Origin: Camelus ferus
Lineage: Eukaryota
Assembly (NCBI RefSeq): GCF_009834535.1
Contig: NC_045697.1
Coordinates: forward strand, 65,226,001-65,290,000
Length of the DNA stretch: 64,000 nucleotides
Direction of reading: 5' to 3'
Below are positions 14,161 to 27,226 of this stretch, piece after piece. Every line of letters starts with the position of its first letter. Position 1 is the stretch's first letter. Under the pieces are notes generated by a model, which worked only from the letters and a program-made list of their open reading frames with translations, was not told the origin of the DNA and did no database searches. The position numbers were made by a program, and so were the translations under genes.

Positions 14161-14938
14161 CTTACATCACTTTTTCTAGCACAAAGTACATACCTGACAC
14201 ACAGCAGATGCTGCGGCCCCCTATCCTTGCTACTGAACTTTGATACTTGTAATAATCTACAGCTTCCATCTTTGTTCCCAAACACATACATCTATGTTTG
14301 TGATTTTCCTGAGAGATTTATCTCCCCTTCTCTACCTAGCCACCATTTTCCCCTACTCAGTTTGTCTTTCACAATGACTGATTTTATGTCTCTATAACTT
14401 ATGGACAAAGTTTATCTTACAGTCTCAAGCAGTGAATAGAAATGACAGAAAAAAATGTGAACCCACCCCCTTCCCCATCCTAAGCTGGCTATCCTCTTCT
14501 CTGACCTGTGTAGTGGTTCCTGTTGCTCAATTAGCTGTTCTCAAACACTTCCCAGCTTCCTTCTGCTTTCCCATGAGTTCTAGGAACATTTCTCCATGTA
14601 GCAAATAGGCTGACTCCTTAAGTACTAGAACCAGTTCATCAAAAGGCAGGCAGCACTAGAGGTCTGGAGACACAAAGACTAGTTCCTGACTTAGAGGATC
14701 AGTTAGTCTAGTGGAGGAAGCAGGCATGTAATTACACAATAAAATGTGAAAGGAAAATACTCTAATAGTAGTAGGTAAATGGTGCTCTGGAGTCCCATAG
14801 GAGAACTGACTAATTCTGCAGGGAGTTTGACTGGGCTCAGAAGAAGTTTCACAGAGAATTTGCTTTAGCAGAATCATGCAAAATGAACAAGAATGCATTA
14901 GGCAGACAATGATAGACAAACAAAAATTCAGTGTGTGC

Positions 14939-14941
<3 letters not shown>

Positions 14942-14971
<30 letters not shown>
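14942..14971. repeat. (TG)15 microsatellite
   Basis: Read directly. Confidence 0.97.
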
Positions 14972-14973
<2 letters not shown>

Positions 14974-15099
14974 TGGGTGGGTGATAGAGAGAGAGGGATG
15001 GACAGGGTTTAAAAAACCAAATACAACCAAGGGTTTTATAATGTAAAACAAGAGTCCCTTGGCCCACCCATATCTCCTTCAAGTTATTCTTTTGAGAAA

Positions 15100-16790
15100 T
15101 AATTACTTATTTTAATGTTTAAAATATAATCAGTTTTTACTTTCAGAATACTCTCCACATTCACCTGGTTCAAGATTTAAAAGGTTCAAAAGGACCTTTT
15201 ATATACACTCTTACTTTACTCTTTTGTATGCAAATAGTGGTCTGCTAGGTATAAGTTCTGTGCCTGGATTTTTGCTATTTAGTAACAGCTAGGAGCTCAT
15301 TCCATTGAGATATAGGAAGTGTTCCTTGTAATTTTAATGGTTATATATTGCTCCATTGATATATACAGCTACTATGTACTTTTAATTTTTGTATTTTGAT
15401 TTACTCTGCTAATTTATTATTAGTTGATTTATTATTTTGTCTCCTACCTATTTGCTTTCTGATATGGTAAATGAAGATTTAGTTCATTTGCTTTACCAAT
15501 ACCCTCACCTCCTCTCAGTATAACACAATTTAAAATAACTCTAAATTACATAGCTACACCTTTACTCCTATTCTGTCTACTACAGTGAGTATAGTGTCCC
15601 TAAAGCGTCTTTACCTACTTTTCTACTCTGCTGCCCCTCAACTTCCACGATTCACAGCTTTACTTTTATATTGGGTATATTAGAAACATATTTTCTACTC
15701 TGTAACTGTAAATAATCTTTCATGCCTTGGCTAAAAGTTGATTCTATAGGATGGAAATCTATAAAGTGATTACTATATTTTTATCACTATGAATATTTTT
15801 CACTGCACAACAAAGTAGTAGGATATGATTTTGTTGAGTTTTTTTCTCACTCAGCTTCAAATATTTTGAGTTATTACTTTTCTTACTTTTTTCTTTATTT
15901 TATCTTTGTTGGCTACATAAATTCCAAATCCCTGTCTTTAGTGAAAATCTTCAAAATCCTGTTTCCTGCCTGGAGCCTTCCCTCTCAGAGCACTTGCTTT
16001 CCTGTCCTATTTCTGGTACTTTCTTCATCACTCATTTGGGCCAGATCCATGAATTTCTGAAGTCTGTATCTTCCAGTTTTTTAGTATCCTATTTTTGCTG
16101 GAGAATATCCTCAGGTAACTTCCTAAGGAAGGATATGTGGGAGGTAGAATTGTTTTATTTATGAAATTATTTTCATTTATGAAGATATATTTACTCTGAC
16201 TTCATTCTTCATAAGTTGGCTAATTATAAATCCCTAGGTTGAAAAACCAATTACCTTAAACATCAGTAGTATTCATTTATCTGGCATTCAGTTAACTGAT
16301 GAGAAATCCAGCTGATGTCTGATCTTTATTTACTTGAAGGTGGTTTGTTGTTTGCACCTTGAATCCTTTTGGGAAATTTACCTTTAATGTTTTAAAATTT
16401 CATGATTATGTGTCTGAGTTACTATCCATTTCACTTCATGTTGGTAAGCATTTTCTTCTTTTAACATAATCTTTAATTTTTCAAAAGTTACTACTTAGAA
16501 TTTTTAAGTTCTCTTATTTCCTCAAATAATCTCTATATATTCTAAGGTAAATTTTTCCTTGTTTTATCTTGATATTTTTCACATTGCAGTTGTTTTCAAA
16601 TGTCTCATAATCCTTGGTTGACATTCATATTTAGGAATGCATCAATATGCTGACTGAAAGCTGTGCATATAAAGAAGGGATTTTGGCTTGCCCAAGAGTT
16701 TACATTTAGATTGGGCATATGAGATTCTGTTATTTTACTGGAAGTATGTGTGTCTTTGTGTGGTCTTTGTTCTAGGATGGAGGTGAAGAT
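15100..16790 (-). mobile_element. Very old L1 fragments (L1M5/L1ME-like)
   Basis: T-rich tract with antisense L1 motifs such as ttttgctggagaatatcctcaggtaacttcctaagg, ttggctaattataaatccctaggttgaaaa and ctgatgagaaatcc. Confidence 0.5.
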
Positions 16791-16819
16791 CCCGGTGAAA
16801 GTCAGCATACGTTTCAATA

Positions 16820-17756
16820 CAGTCAGTCTTCCGTATTTGCTGATTCTGTATTTGCAAATTCACTACTCACTAAAATTTATTTGTAACTCCAAATAAGTCA
16901 GCATTCGGGATGCTTTCACGGTCACTCACAGAAATTTGCAGAGGTGTGGAAATTCTGAATTGACCAACAGCCCTCATTAACAGTTAAGGGCAAAGAAAAC
17001 CACATTCTGCATTCTTGTTTCAGCTCTCATATTGTAAACAAGTGTCCTTTCTACAGTCTATTTAGTGTTGTTTTTGCACATTTTATGCCTTTTGTTGGTG
17101 ATTTCACTATTTAAAATAGCCCCCAAGCATTGTGCTGAAGTGCTGTTCAGTGTTCCTAAGAGTGAGAGGGCTATGATGTGTCTTACTGAAAATATACCTG
17201 TGTCACATAAGCCTCATTTGGGCAGGAGTTATAGTGCCATTGGCCATGCGTTCAGTGTTAATGTATCAACATGCTATTGTTTGAATGTTTGTGTCTCTAA
17301 AATTTATATGTTGAAATCCTGTGACCAATGTGATGGTAACAGGAGGTAGAGCATTTGGAAGGTACTTAAGTCTTGAGGGTGGGGACCTCATGAATAAGAT
17401 TAGTGCTACTGTAAATGCTAAAGAGACCCCGCAGATCTCCCTAGCCTCTTCCATCATGTAAAAATAGAAGGGAAAGTCCACAACTGGAAGAGGGTCCTCA
17501 CCCAATCCTGCTGGCACCCTGTTCTTGGAATTCCAGCTTCCAGAACTGTGAGAAATAAGGTTTGTAAGCTACCTAATCTGTGGTATTTTGTTATAACAGC
17601 TAGAATGGACTAACACAGACAATATAGATAAACTGTCTTTAAATAGAATCATACATAAAACCAGAGGCTTGCAAGACCCAAACCCTGTACATCGCCTAGG
17701 AGCAATGGGTCAGAATTTACTATTTAGTGTTCACAGAAATGTAGAGAACATAGCTG
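16820..17756 (+). mobile_element. MER82-like TcMar-Tigger DNA transposon, interrupted by an MLT1A LTR
   Basis: TA|CAGTC...CTG|TA termini with TA target site. The internal part encodes a decayed Tigger transposase N-terminus (APKHCAEVLFSVPKSERAMMCLTENI...SYSAIGHAFSVNVST; CENP-B-type HTH). Confidence 0.8.
17272..17617 (+). mobile_element. MaLR solo LTR (MLT1A-like), nested in MER82
   Basis: TGCTAttgtttgaatgtttgtgtc...ccagaactgtgagaaataa...tggtattttgttataacagc...ggactaacaCA. Confidence 0.85.
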
Positions 17757-19774
17757 TACTCCCAGATTTTTCAGTTTCCCACTTCACTCCTGCCCTCCAT
17801 TTGGCTTGGCATTTATAAGCCTCAAAATTGCTAGGACTCTGCAGGGTGCAGTCCTCTGCTCAGCTGCTGCCTCTTATGATGATACCTAGTCCTGGCTCCT
17901 CCTGTAATGCTTCATCAGATAGCACTATTTCATCTGCTTTTCTTTTTTCAGTAATTTATTTAAAAACATTTTCTGATGGCTTCTGTCCCTTTTTCCTCCT
18001 GGGTCTTGTTTTATATATCTATTCAATCCCTTATCTTTTATTGGGGTTATGGAGGTGATCCCCTTTGACTTTCTTGAGTTGAAAGTTCCAGAATGGTCTT
18101 TCAGATTTTTAGAGATTAACAGAAAGTATTTTAAAGAACCATTGTTATAATGTTTAAGAAATAATATATTGAACCATGACATTTTAGGCTTGGGAAGTAC
18201 AACTTGTAACATTCTGTTCAAATTCCAAATTTACAGTTGAGAAAATTAAAAGCCTCCTTAGATCTAATCAATATTATTCTTCAACTTACTCCAGCATCAT
18301 TTAGCATCTTTGTAGCTGTTGCTGATGACACTCACCATTTGAAACTGGTAAAGTAAGTTGTCAGCCAGTTAAAGGGATACCTGATTGTCAAGTCCTAAGA
18401 AATACAGAAATGACTTATAGTGGATTATATGATGGATAGAAAGGCAAATAAAGCTAGAAAGAAACTGATGGATTGGGATAATAGGAAAGATAGAGGAACT
18501 AAAGGTTATGATGAGGTCAAAGAGACAGGTTCAGTAAGCTCAAAAGAGAGGAAGGGGTGGAAGGCAGAAATTTTGGTCAAAGAGAGGCAATAGCAGAACT
18601 CCCACCTTCACTGCTTCCTATATTTTATAAGTTGGCATGGAAAGTTGTTGAAATCTTCAAGGGAAGTATTAACTTAAAAGTCAAAGAAATGAGTTCTAAA
18701 AAAGAAATTGCTCACTTAGCATTGTCTTTTAATTGCTAAGGGGGAGAATGGGCATATCAATTCTGTTTGCATCTTTTTTCTGTCCCTGGAGCAATTTTGT
18801 GGCATTGAGTTAATTATGCTCCCTTTGAAGTCTTTGAAATTTAATACATTACATGTCTACACTTAGTGCTCCACCTCTCATTCAAGATTTCAAAGGTTTA
18901 AGACAAATACAGCAGTTTCGTGCCGCTGAGTAAGTCAGCCTGCTGTGATATCCGTAGAAAATTGTTATCACAATGTACCTGTAAGTGTCCTTGAAATGAG
19001 TATAGTGAGACAGGAGTGCTCACATGATTTGATTTAAATATGGATTAGGATGATATTTTGAAGAACAATAGTTTTTATATAGGAAGAATGTTCATTAGAT
19101 GCTATGTAAATTAAACCCTTTCCAGAAAGAATACATACATTAGAACTTTTTGATCATAACTTTAAGTTTTCAGGTTTGATAAGAAAAATCAATTCCTTGA
19201 AAACAGGAGGTTTTATTATGTGTATAGTAAGGAATATATTGCCTATTTGCATTTTTTCAAATTTTCAGAAAGGAACCCTACTGTTACACGAAATCCTTTT
19301 ATTCTGCAATAAGAAGAGGGCATTATCTTTTATTCCTTAAAGATACTTTATAATATAGTTTTGATTCCATTGTAGTATATTCCAGAGTACTTTGATCCTG
19401 TCAAACAACAAAAAGGCAAATTTACTTACTTTAAATACGTAAGCAGCTTGCCAGAAATAAGCCTTTAGGAAGGTTTAGAAAACAAGTGAAGTTGTCTAGT
19501 CTCAATGGATATAGAAAGGTTTCTAGTCATCAAAAGGGTACTGTGAATATTCCAATTACTGTGATAGTTATTTAACAGCTATTTAAATAACCCAGTTTTT
19601 ACAAAAAGAGAAATTACTTGTAGACATTATGCAATGTACAGTTTTTAAGATGAGGCTAGCATAATGTTAGAAAAAGGAACACATGACTATCAGGTTTTCC
19701 CAAAATATGTTCATTGCATGAAAGTCTCTCTCATAATAATGTGTTCATAGATGATTGCTTTGCATTTTTAAAGT

Positions 19775-20885
19775 ACACTTTTAATTGAAATATAATGTAC
19801 ATGATTATAGTGCATATATTATAACTCAACAGATTTCCACACAAGCAGCATCCAGACCAAGAAACAGAACATTAGCACTTCTAGAGTCCCCTTCCATGCA
19901 CCATCCAGTTGTAACTCCTTGAAGTTACAGCATTATCTTGACTTCTCACACAGTAAACTAGTTGTGATTCATGTTAAACTGTGTAAGAGTAGAAACATAC
20001 TGTATATACTCTTTTGTCTTTCTCTTTTGTTCAACATTATGTTTATGATATGTAACCGTGTTGAAATATGTAGGAAAAGTTTATTCATTTTGATTGTTCC
20101 AAAGTATTCCATTGCATGAATATGCCACAGTTTATATAACTTACGTTGATAATTTTTTCCAGTTTTGCTTATTACAAATATCGGTACTATGCATGGTCTC
20201 TTGTGTACGTATGTATTTTTGTTGAGTGTATACCTAGGAAAGGAATTTCTAGCTCGAGATGTATGCATAAGGTATGTCACTTATTAATGCCAGCTGATAC
20301 AGCCAGTTTTCCAATATGTTTACATGAACTTGGACTCCCATTGGTAATAAGCAGAAGCATTTCAATTTTCTACTTCCTCAGCAACACTTGTTATTTTCCA
20401 CCTTCTTCATTTTATTTATACTGGTGGGTATGGATTAGATTCAGATTTTATTTTTAATTTACCTTTTCCTGATGGATGGGTTTTTGTACATTTGAGGGTT
20501 TTTTTAATATTTTTATTTATTGAGTGCCTATTCAAGTCATTTTACTTTTATTTCCCCTCGTGATTGGTAAGAGTTTTATATATATTAGGGATAAGAGTCT
20601 ATTGCCAAATGTATTTTAAATACTTTCTCCCATTGTTTACCTTTTCATTTTATAAAGGGTGAATTTTGATAAGTATAAATTTTTATTTGTAATGTAGTCC
20701 CTTATTAACTTGCTTTCTTTGTATTAGTGCTTTTTGTCTTTTTTAATAGAAACTTCCTGCTCCACAATCATGAAGACATACTCTCATGTTTTTTCTAGAA
20801 ATTTTGTTTTATCATTTACATTTAAATATGAAATCCATCTGAAATTGATTGTAGAGAGGTTGAGATACATTTATTTTCCATATGG
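19775..20885 (-). mobile_element. L1 3' region (L1MD/L1ME-like)
   Basis: ttttaattgaaatataa...ccagaccaagaaacagaacattagcact...agtattccattgcatgaatatgccacagttt...gtatacctaggaaaggaattt...atccatctgaaattgatt. Confidence 0.75.
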
Positions 20886-21614
20886 TGTCTTCTATTCATT
20901 TCAACACAAGACCAGTGTACCTGAATGCAAAAGAATACTATATGTCTCCACCACCAGTAAATAAAAAGGGAGTTAATCAGTATATTTGAAAGTATAGGGC
21001 TATTTTATTCCTGCACAGCATTTTGTGTCTATATCATTTTTTTTCCTGTCTAAGATGAAGCACATGATTTTAGGAGGGAATGAAAGGCTATACTGATAAT
21101 TTCATTGGGATGAAAATCTTTCTATGATCCCATGATAACAAAAGTTAATGATGCTGGATTCTATAATAAAAGTTGAAACTCGGAATTTCCAAGGGCTCAA
21201 TAGTCATGGGTCATAAAGTAGCAGCTAGCGACCATTCACTTAAAAATTCACCTGCTCTTTATGGATATGATTTGTACAATGGCATGGAATTTTAAGAGAA
21301 AAAAAGAATTTTAATTTAACTGGAGTTAAAAACAAATCCACCAAATCCTCTAGCAAAGACTGCTTCATTCCTTCCTGAATTTAAGTTTTCTTATATTATA
21401 GTTATCAATTATTACTGAACTACTGTAAATCCAAGTTTTTACTCTAGCTCAGTATTGTATTGAACTTGAAAGGCAGTTCAGTTACTAGCCAGCCCACAGT
21501 TTTGCATAATTCTTTTTTCCAAATGAGGTCTCAGATTTATTTTACTTTCCACTTGACCAAAATCATGCATGACAGGTCTTCCTTCTGTTAATGAGGCCTA
21601 AAAGAACATCAGGC

Positions 21615-21942
21615 TTTTCTTTTCTTTTTTTTTTCATTCTTTTTCCTTTTTTTAATTGAAGGATAGTCAGTTACAATGTGTCAGTTTCTGGTGTACAGCT
21701 TAATGTCCCAGTCATGTGTGTGTGTGTGTGTGTATATATATGTATATGTGTGTGCGTGTATATGTGTGTGTGTGTGTATGTGTGTGTGTGTGTGTGTGTG
21801 TATATATTTGTTTTCATATTCTTTTTCACTAAAGGTTGTTATAAAATATTGAATGTAGTTCCCTGTGCTATACAGAGGAAATTTGTTTTTTATTTATTTT
21901 TATATAAAATGGTTAACATTTGCAATCTCAAACTCCCAAATT
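21615..21942 (-). mobile_element. 5'-truncated camelid-type L1 3' end with an embedded compound (TG)n/(TA)n microsatellite (21716-21806)
   Basis: T-rich tail, then ttttaattgaaggatagtcagttacaatgtgtcagtttctggtgtacagc...ttgaatgtagttccctgtgctatacag...tgcaatctcaaactcccaaatt. Possible short TSD gcttttctt. Confidence 0.8.
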
Positions 21943-22580
21943 ATGCTTTTCTTCTTGGAGCTCTATTTAACTCTCAGAAGTATTCCCTGAAGATGGGGAC
22001 TAAGCAGAGAACTAGGTTGCAATAAGTCCAAGCTTCCAAATAAGACAGATCCAACCCACTGTGACTACTGACTTGGATGCTGATATTGGTAGCAGTTTGC
22101 TACTAATTTCTCCTAACAGTCTAAAGGTCATTTAACAATTTTTGCCTTTGCAGCATCTAATTTGATAGTTTGCTTCTTTTCTGTTAGGGTTTTGATAAGT
22201 CAAGATTTTCACTCTCTTCTGTTTATTTAAGCAAATTTAAGCAAGAAAATAACAGAACATAAGTGAAGGTTGTACTCTTATTTGAAATATAAAATCACAA
22301 TTGCCACAACTTTCAAGGCAAGGGAATTGAAATCCTTGTCTAATCCAGTATTTATTTATTTATTTATTTATTCATTCAGACAATATGTTTAAAGCTATTC
22401 TGTGCAAGACAATGTGCAAAGTGTTGCTAGGAATACAGTCATGAAAGATATATGGGTCTAGCCTACAAAGGACAGATAGACTAATAAGGAAAATGTAAAC
22501 ATAAAATGTACAAAAATCATAAAACCACAAGAAAATAAATAGCTAAGTTACTCTTCCCAACTCCCAAAGGGAATTAAAAA

Positions 22581-22702
22581 CAATTGGGGGGTAAGGGGAG
22601 GTAACTAGGTTTATTTATTTACTTTTAATGGAGGTACTACGGATTGAACCCAGGACCTCCTGCATGCTAAGCACACTCTCCCATTGAGCTATACCCTCCC
22701 CT
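22581..22702 (-). mobile_element. tRNA-derived SINE, camelid Vic-1 type, with 21-bp TSD
   Basis: Reverse complement GGGGAGGGTATAGCTCAATGG(A-box)...GCATGCAGGAGGTCCTGGGTTCAATCC(B-box)...AAATAAATAAACCTAGTTACCTCCCC. TSD actcccaaagggaattaaaaa at 22560-22580 and 22703-22723. Confidence 0.9.
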
Positions 22703-23859
22703 ACTCCCAAAGGGAATTAAAAATAAAGAAAACAAAGTTGCTATCTAAAAACTTAATCAAAGTTTTCAGATAATATATAAGATTACCCAGATCTAGAAGT
22801 AAACCCAAATTTTACTAGTTATGGGGTAACTGAGAAGTCTTGGCTACTTTGAGAAATTCTTACCATGACTTTCTATAGTCTTATCAAAGCAAGTCTGGAA
22901 TGTGAATGAATCCAGGAGTGCTTAAATATATATTGGGATTTCTCTCCATGAACTTATATAGACAAAACAAAAAGCGATTAGTTAAAATAGGCCTAAAATG
23001 ATAAATTTGAAGATTAGAATTTGGCAGTGTTTGTCTGTTACTGCCTAGAAAAGAAAGACATCCAACCTGGAAAGCAAGGACATGCCACAGATAAAAGTAT
23101 TCTCTGTGGTACACCAGGCACAGTTTATCAGGCCTTATCATGGTCTGAGTGAAGTCATTTCAAAATTATGCCCCTCCTTGTTTCTGCTCCCATTCTCAAC
23201 ATCACCTTTTGAAGTTAGGAGAATGATGAGCCCCTGAATGTAAGCACTAGAGAGATATGTTTGCTGCAAAAAAAATAAATTAGCAATGTAATTAATGTGC
23301 TTTTTTCTAATAAGTTTGCTTGGTTCATAGATGGCAAATACTTGCTACAAGCACCATTATTTTCCGTTCCCAGACCAAAACATAGATTACTACACTCTGC
23401 CCTGCTTTTCCTTCCAGGCAGCCATGGCAAATGGATCTTAGTACTGGAGTCTAAATCTACTTATCAACCTGGGTTAGTGTGAATCAGTCTCCCAGAACTC
23501 ACTCAATTCCTTAAATACTCACTGATAAAATCAATATTTTAGATTTGTAGAGGATAAGATTTTAAGGTACAGCCACCCCATGAAGCTTTGTTGAAAAGTT
23601 AGTAGGTATCCCCCTAAGTTACAGTTCTATTCAGAATTTTTCTTACTATAATACAGATAAATACAAAGGAAATAAATGGGTTAGGTAGAGGAAACTAAGA
23701 AAGTTCATTTGATTTTTCCGGAAAAACCTATTTTTAATAGAATACACACAACTGTAGCATAAGAGGATTAAAAGATTAAACTTATGTGTATCCACCCAAC
23801 ACTAAAATTATATGAACAATGTGGGTCCATTAATTTCAAATATGAATTACTTAAAATAC

Positions 23860-24790
23860 ATATATTACTTGATGAGACAACATTTAAGTCAGTACCTGAA
23901 AGTCATATTCAGGATTTTGCTTTAAGGCAATATGGTAGAAGGGCATCCTTCCATGAATGAAGAAAAGCATAAATAAAGATACTGAGATGGAAATTTGCAA
24001 GGAGCTGGATAGGTTGGGGACACAGGCTAACAGAAGTAGAATTTTAGGATGCAAAGTCAAGAAGTAAGGTTGTACCAGGTTGGTAGATGAAAAACTTCGA
24101 AGGTCAAATCTAAAGAAGGGGATAAGCTACAAAGGCAGCATGAACATGGAGTTTGGATTGTTTCTGCTTAATTAGCTGTAGAGCCCTGGCCAAGCCACTT
24201 AAATTCACTTAGCTTTATTTTCGTCATCCATAAAATGGAATAATTCCTGGATCACAGAGTTATTCTGAAGGCTATACTTGGTAATATATAAATAATATGT
24301 AGAATAATGTTCACACTTAGAAAAATTTTAATAAGTTTTAGTTGTACAATGTCCCAGAACTGTAGAGTAGGGTAAAGAAGAAAATAAAAATGATGTTAAT
24401 AGACTGGGAAACTTATTAGATGTATTTAACGAGGTTGAGATATGGGCAACAGAGATGGATCCTATGTTTTAAGTCTGGGTTTCAGTAACACTAATGCTAT
24501 GAAATCAGGGACATAAGAAAATGAACATGTTTTGAGATAATATGATAAATAAACTTTTAATCATAAACTTGATGTTATTCTGGAACATCTAGATTGAGGC
24601 ATGCATGTTATTAGTGGAAATGAAGGAATGGAACCCAGGAGTCTTAAGCTATTGTGTTTATCAATGAGATGATCGTTGGTGACCTTTGAAAAACCATTTA
24701 CTAAAACAGTGTGAGGGGAAAGACGGTAAGAGGTTATTAGCAAATAATAGAGTAAGAGTAGGCAGCTCGTTCAAGTTTGGAAACAAAAAG
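23860..24790 (-). mobile_element. LINE-2 fragments with a MIR (approx. 24140-24345, +) between them
   Basis: gatcgttggtgacctttgaaaaaccatttactaaaacagtgtgagggga is antisense L2; ctggccaagccacttaaattcacttagctttattttcgtcatccataaaatgg is MIR core. Confidence 0.5.
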
Positions 24791-25401
24791 GATGGTCGAA
24801 TAGTACTGTATCTTAGGCAGAAACCTATTTCAAGGAAGATGTTTTCTAAATAAGAGACATCAGGTGGAAAGAGAGACACTGAAGATGCAAGATATAGCAT
24901 CAGAATCAACATAGCATTATTGCAATGAAGTAGGATCCGTTTTATAAATAGATTATGTTTATATACAAAGGATTTTGAAGGTTAAAGGAAGGCTCAGTTG
25001 CGTTTGGATGGGATGCATTTATAGTAGAATCAATGTATTTTAATTCACTTGTTCTCTGTGAGTATTTAGCAGACTGGATGTGGAGGCAGAAAAAAAAAAT
25101 ACGAAGAAGTTAAAAAGGATGGCTTACCCAGGGAGGGGGACTAGCCAAAAAGCAACTAAAAAAGGACCAGGCCATCTATGGGGACCATAACACAGATGAC
25201 ATAAGACATGCTGGGAAGCCATTGATTTCCAGTAAGAAACCAACTTCTTAATACAAGTTACCAAATTTATGAAAGAAATACATACAAAACTTTCCTTATA
25301 TTTTATTTATGCTTACATAATAAGTCTAAACTACAGTTTCAAAGAAAGCACGTTAAGTAGATTAATACTTCAGAGATGAACAAAAATGTATTCACCCAGA
25401 A

Positions 25402-25885
25402 CAAAAATTTCTCAGCTTTGGCAGTACTGATAAATTGGACCAGATAATTCTTTGTTGTGGGAAGCTGTCTTGTGTATTGTAATATGTTTAGCAGGATTCC
25501 TACTTCTACCCCGTGGACACCAATCACGACAATAAAAAAAAAGTGCCAGATACAAATTAACAGAGATGGACTGTAGATTGGAGGTTACCAGGGACTGGGG
25601 GGAGGGAGGGAAACAGAGTTATTGCTTAATGAGTACAATTTCTTCATGAGTTAATTAAATAGTTTTAGAAATAGGAGTGATGGTTGCACAACATTGTGAA
25701 TGTAATTAATGCCACTGATTTATACACTTAAAAATGGTTTAAATGAAAAGTTTAATTTTATATCTGTTTCACCAAAATAAAAAACAGAAACTGCAGGGGG
25801 AAGAAAAGCCAGATAGTGCCAAATGTTCCAATTACTTGGGGATAACATGGGGGATTAAAATCATCCCTAGTTGATAATCACTATT
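25402..25885. mobile_element. MER20 (hAT-Charlie) split by an L1 insertion
   Basis: tttctcagctttggcagtactgataaattggaccagataattctttgttgtggg...gccagata |L1| gccagatagtgccaaatgttcc...aaaatcatccctagttgataatcact. Confidence 0.75.
25553..25807 (+). mobile_element. L1MB-like 3' end inserted in MER20
   Basis: gtagattggaggttaccagggactggggg...gatggttgcacaacattgtgaatgtaattaatgccactga...cacttaaaaatggtt. TSD gccagata at 25545-25552 and 25808-25815. Confidence 0.8.
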
Positions 25886-26469
25886 CAGTGAAACACTAAA
25901 ATTTGTTCTTACGGAATTTTTGTTGCTGGCATATTACACCTCCATTTCACTTTCCCCCTAATAATAGCTAGTCAACATTTATTGGACTCTTTTCAGGTGT
26001 CTGACACTAAGCTAATCACTCTGTAAATTATCTTATATAATCCTCAAAAAAATCCAGTGAGATAAGTATAATATTATCTTCTACAAGTAAAAAAATAAAG
26101 GAAGGATGTATATACGTTTGTCCATCTAGATTAAGTAGATTAACTGCAGTTTACTTTTTGTTAACTTAGTCATCATGTTTACATTTTTACTGTTTTCTGA
26201 CAGTTTTCATCATTAATTCCTTTATGGGAAGCGTATAATTGGTTTTCAAGTAATACTTACCTTTCTAGCCTTCAGCTGGTAAGTTTATGTTAACAGTATT
26301 TTAACATGCCATCTAAGAGGCAAATCAGTCTGCCTGAAATTTTTAGCACAAAATAAATGAAAATGCAAAAAAAGCAATTAATTCTAAATGTAAACTGATA
26401 AGGCATAACTAATTGGAGGCAAGAAATCTGAGTTGATTCTGTACATTGTAAAGTAGTTGCCATCGGCAG

Positions 26470-26715
26470 TAATTAACATTTATTGAGCTTTTCTTATGTG
26501 CCAGACACTGTTCTAATCATGTTTTACATATTATCATATTTAATCCTCACACCAAATCTATGAAGTAGATGCAATGGTTGGCCTCATTTTACAAAAAAAA
26601 AAAGAAAAAAAAGGGAAATCGAGATACAAAGAGATTGTGAAAGTAGCCCCAGGTCACACAGCAAGTAAGAGGGCAGCCAAGTCCAGACCATTCTTCAGGT
26701 GTGTACTGTGCTGTA
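26470..26715 (-). mobile_element. MIR SINE
   Basis: aacatttattgagc...tgtgccagacactgttcta...tttaatcctcac...cattttaca...cccaggtcacacagcaagtaag. Further MIRs at approx. 9540-9700(-), 25960-26090(-), 36470-36630(-), 38985-39170(+), 44335-44525(-), 48385-48550(+), 57140-57280(-) and 63055-63215(+). Confidence 0.75.
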
Positions 26716-26739
26716 TTACCTCTCCAGGTATCCAATAAA

Positions 26740-27226
26740 TGTGAGAAAAATCATCCTAGCTTTTTGTATATGGCAAAGAAGTAGTTGGTATGACTAACTC
26801 CCATTAGATCATTTTTAAGGAGAGTTTGCCCTGGGGTGAGCTAGTGGAAAAGTACTGGAGGACATGATCATTATTGGGGGTTTGGTCAGTGTGATGAGGC
26901 AATCTGTGTTTGTGTTTGGTAACTGGTGTTTACCAAAGTTAGCCTCCTACCCAACCACAGAGATCTGGAGAGAGAGAGACTCTATCTTCCTTGATTATTA
27001 CATGTCAAAGGGATGGCTTCTAGGTCCTGGAGAAAGACATTTTTGGATTGTAAAACTAATGAGAGCCTGGGAGATATACATGTTAAAGGAGCAGATGAAG
27101 AATTTACAATTGCAAGGATTCTAAAGTAAGTGCTCAAAGAAAAGGGAACTCAAAAGACCTAGAGTCAGACAGAAACCTGTTTAAAGCTGAGTCAGGCTGA
27201 AGGGAATGTTAAGGTGTTTTGAGTCA
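26740..27226 (-). mobile_element. ERV1 solo LTR, MER67-like
   Basis: Reverse complement begins TGACTCAAAACACCTTAACATTCCCTTCAGCCTGACTCAGCTTTAAACAGG...GAGCACTTACTTTAGAATCCTTGCAATTGTAAATTC. Left boundary is approximate. Confidence 0.65.

Noticed and set aside
14656..15082. ORFs with HT/CV/LS/RE dipeptide runs (also at 21678, 40588 and 46729)
   Set aside because: Translations of microsatellites.
17065..17349. 94-aa ORF resembling a Tigger transposase
   Set aside because: Decayed MER82 remnant running into an LTR; no catalytic DDE domain.
22620..22702. Possible tRNA gene on the minus strand (A and B boxes)
   Set aside because: It has a SINE-type 3' tail and a 21-bp TSD, so it is a retroposed SINE.
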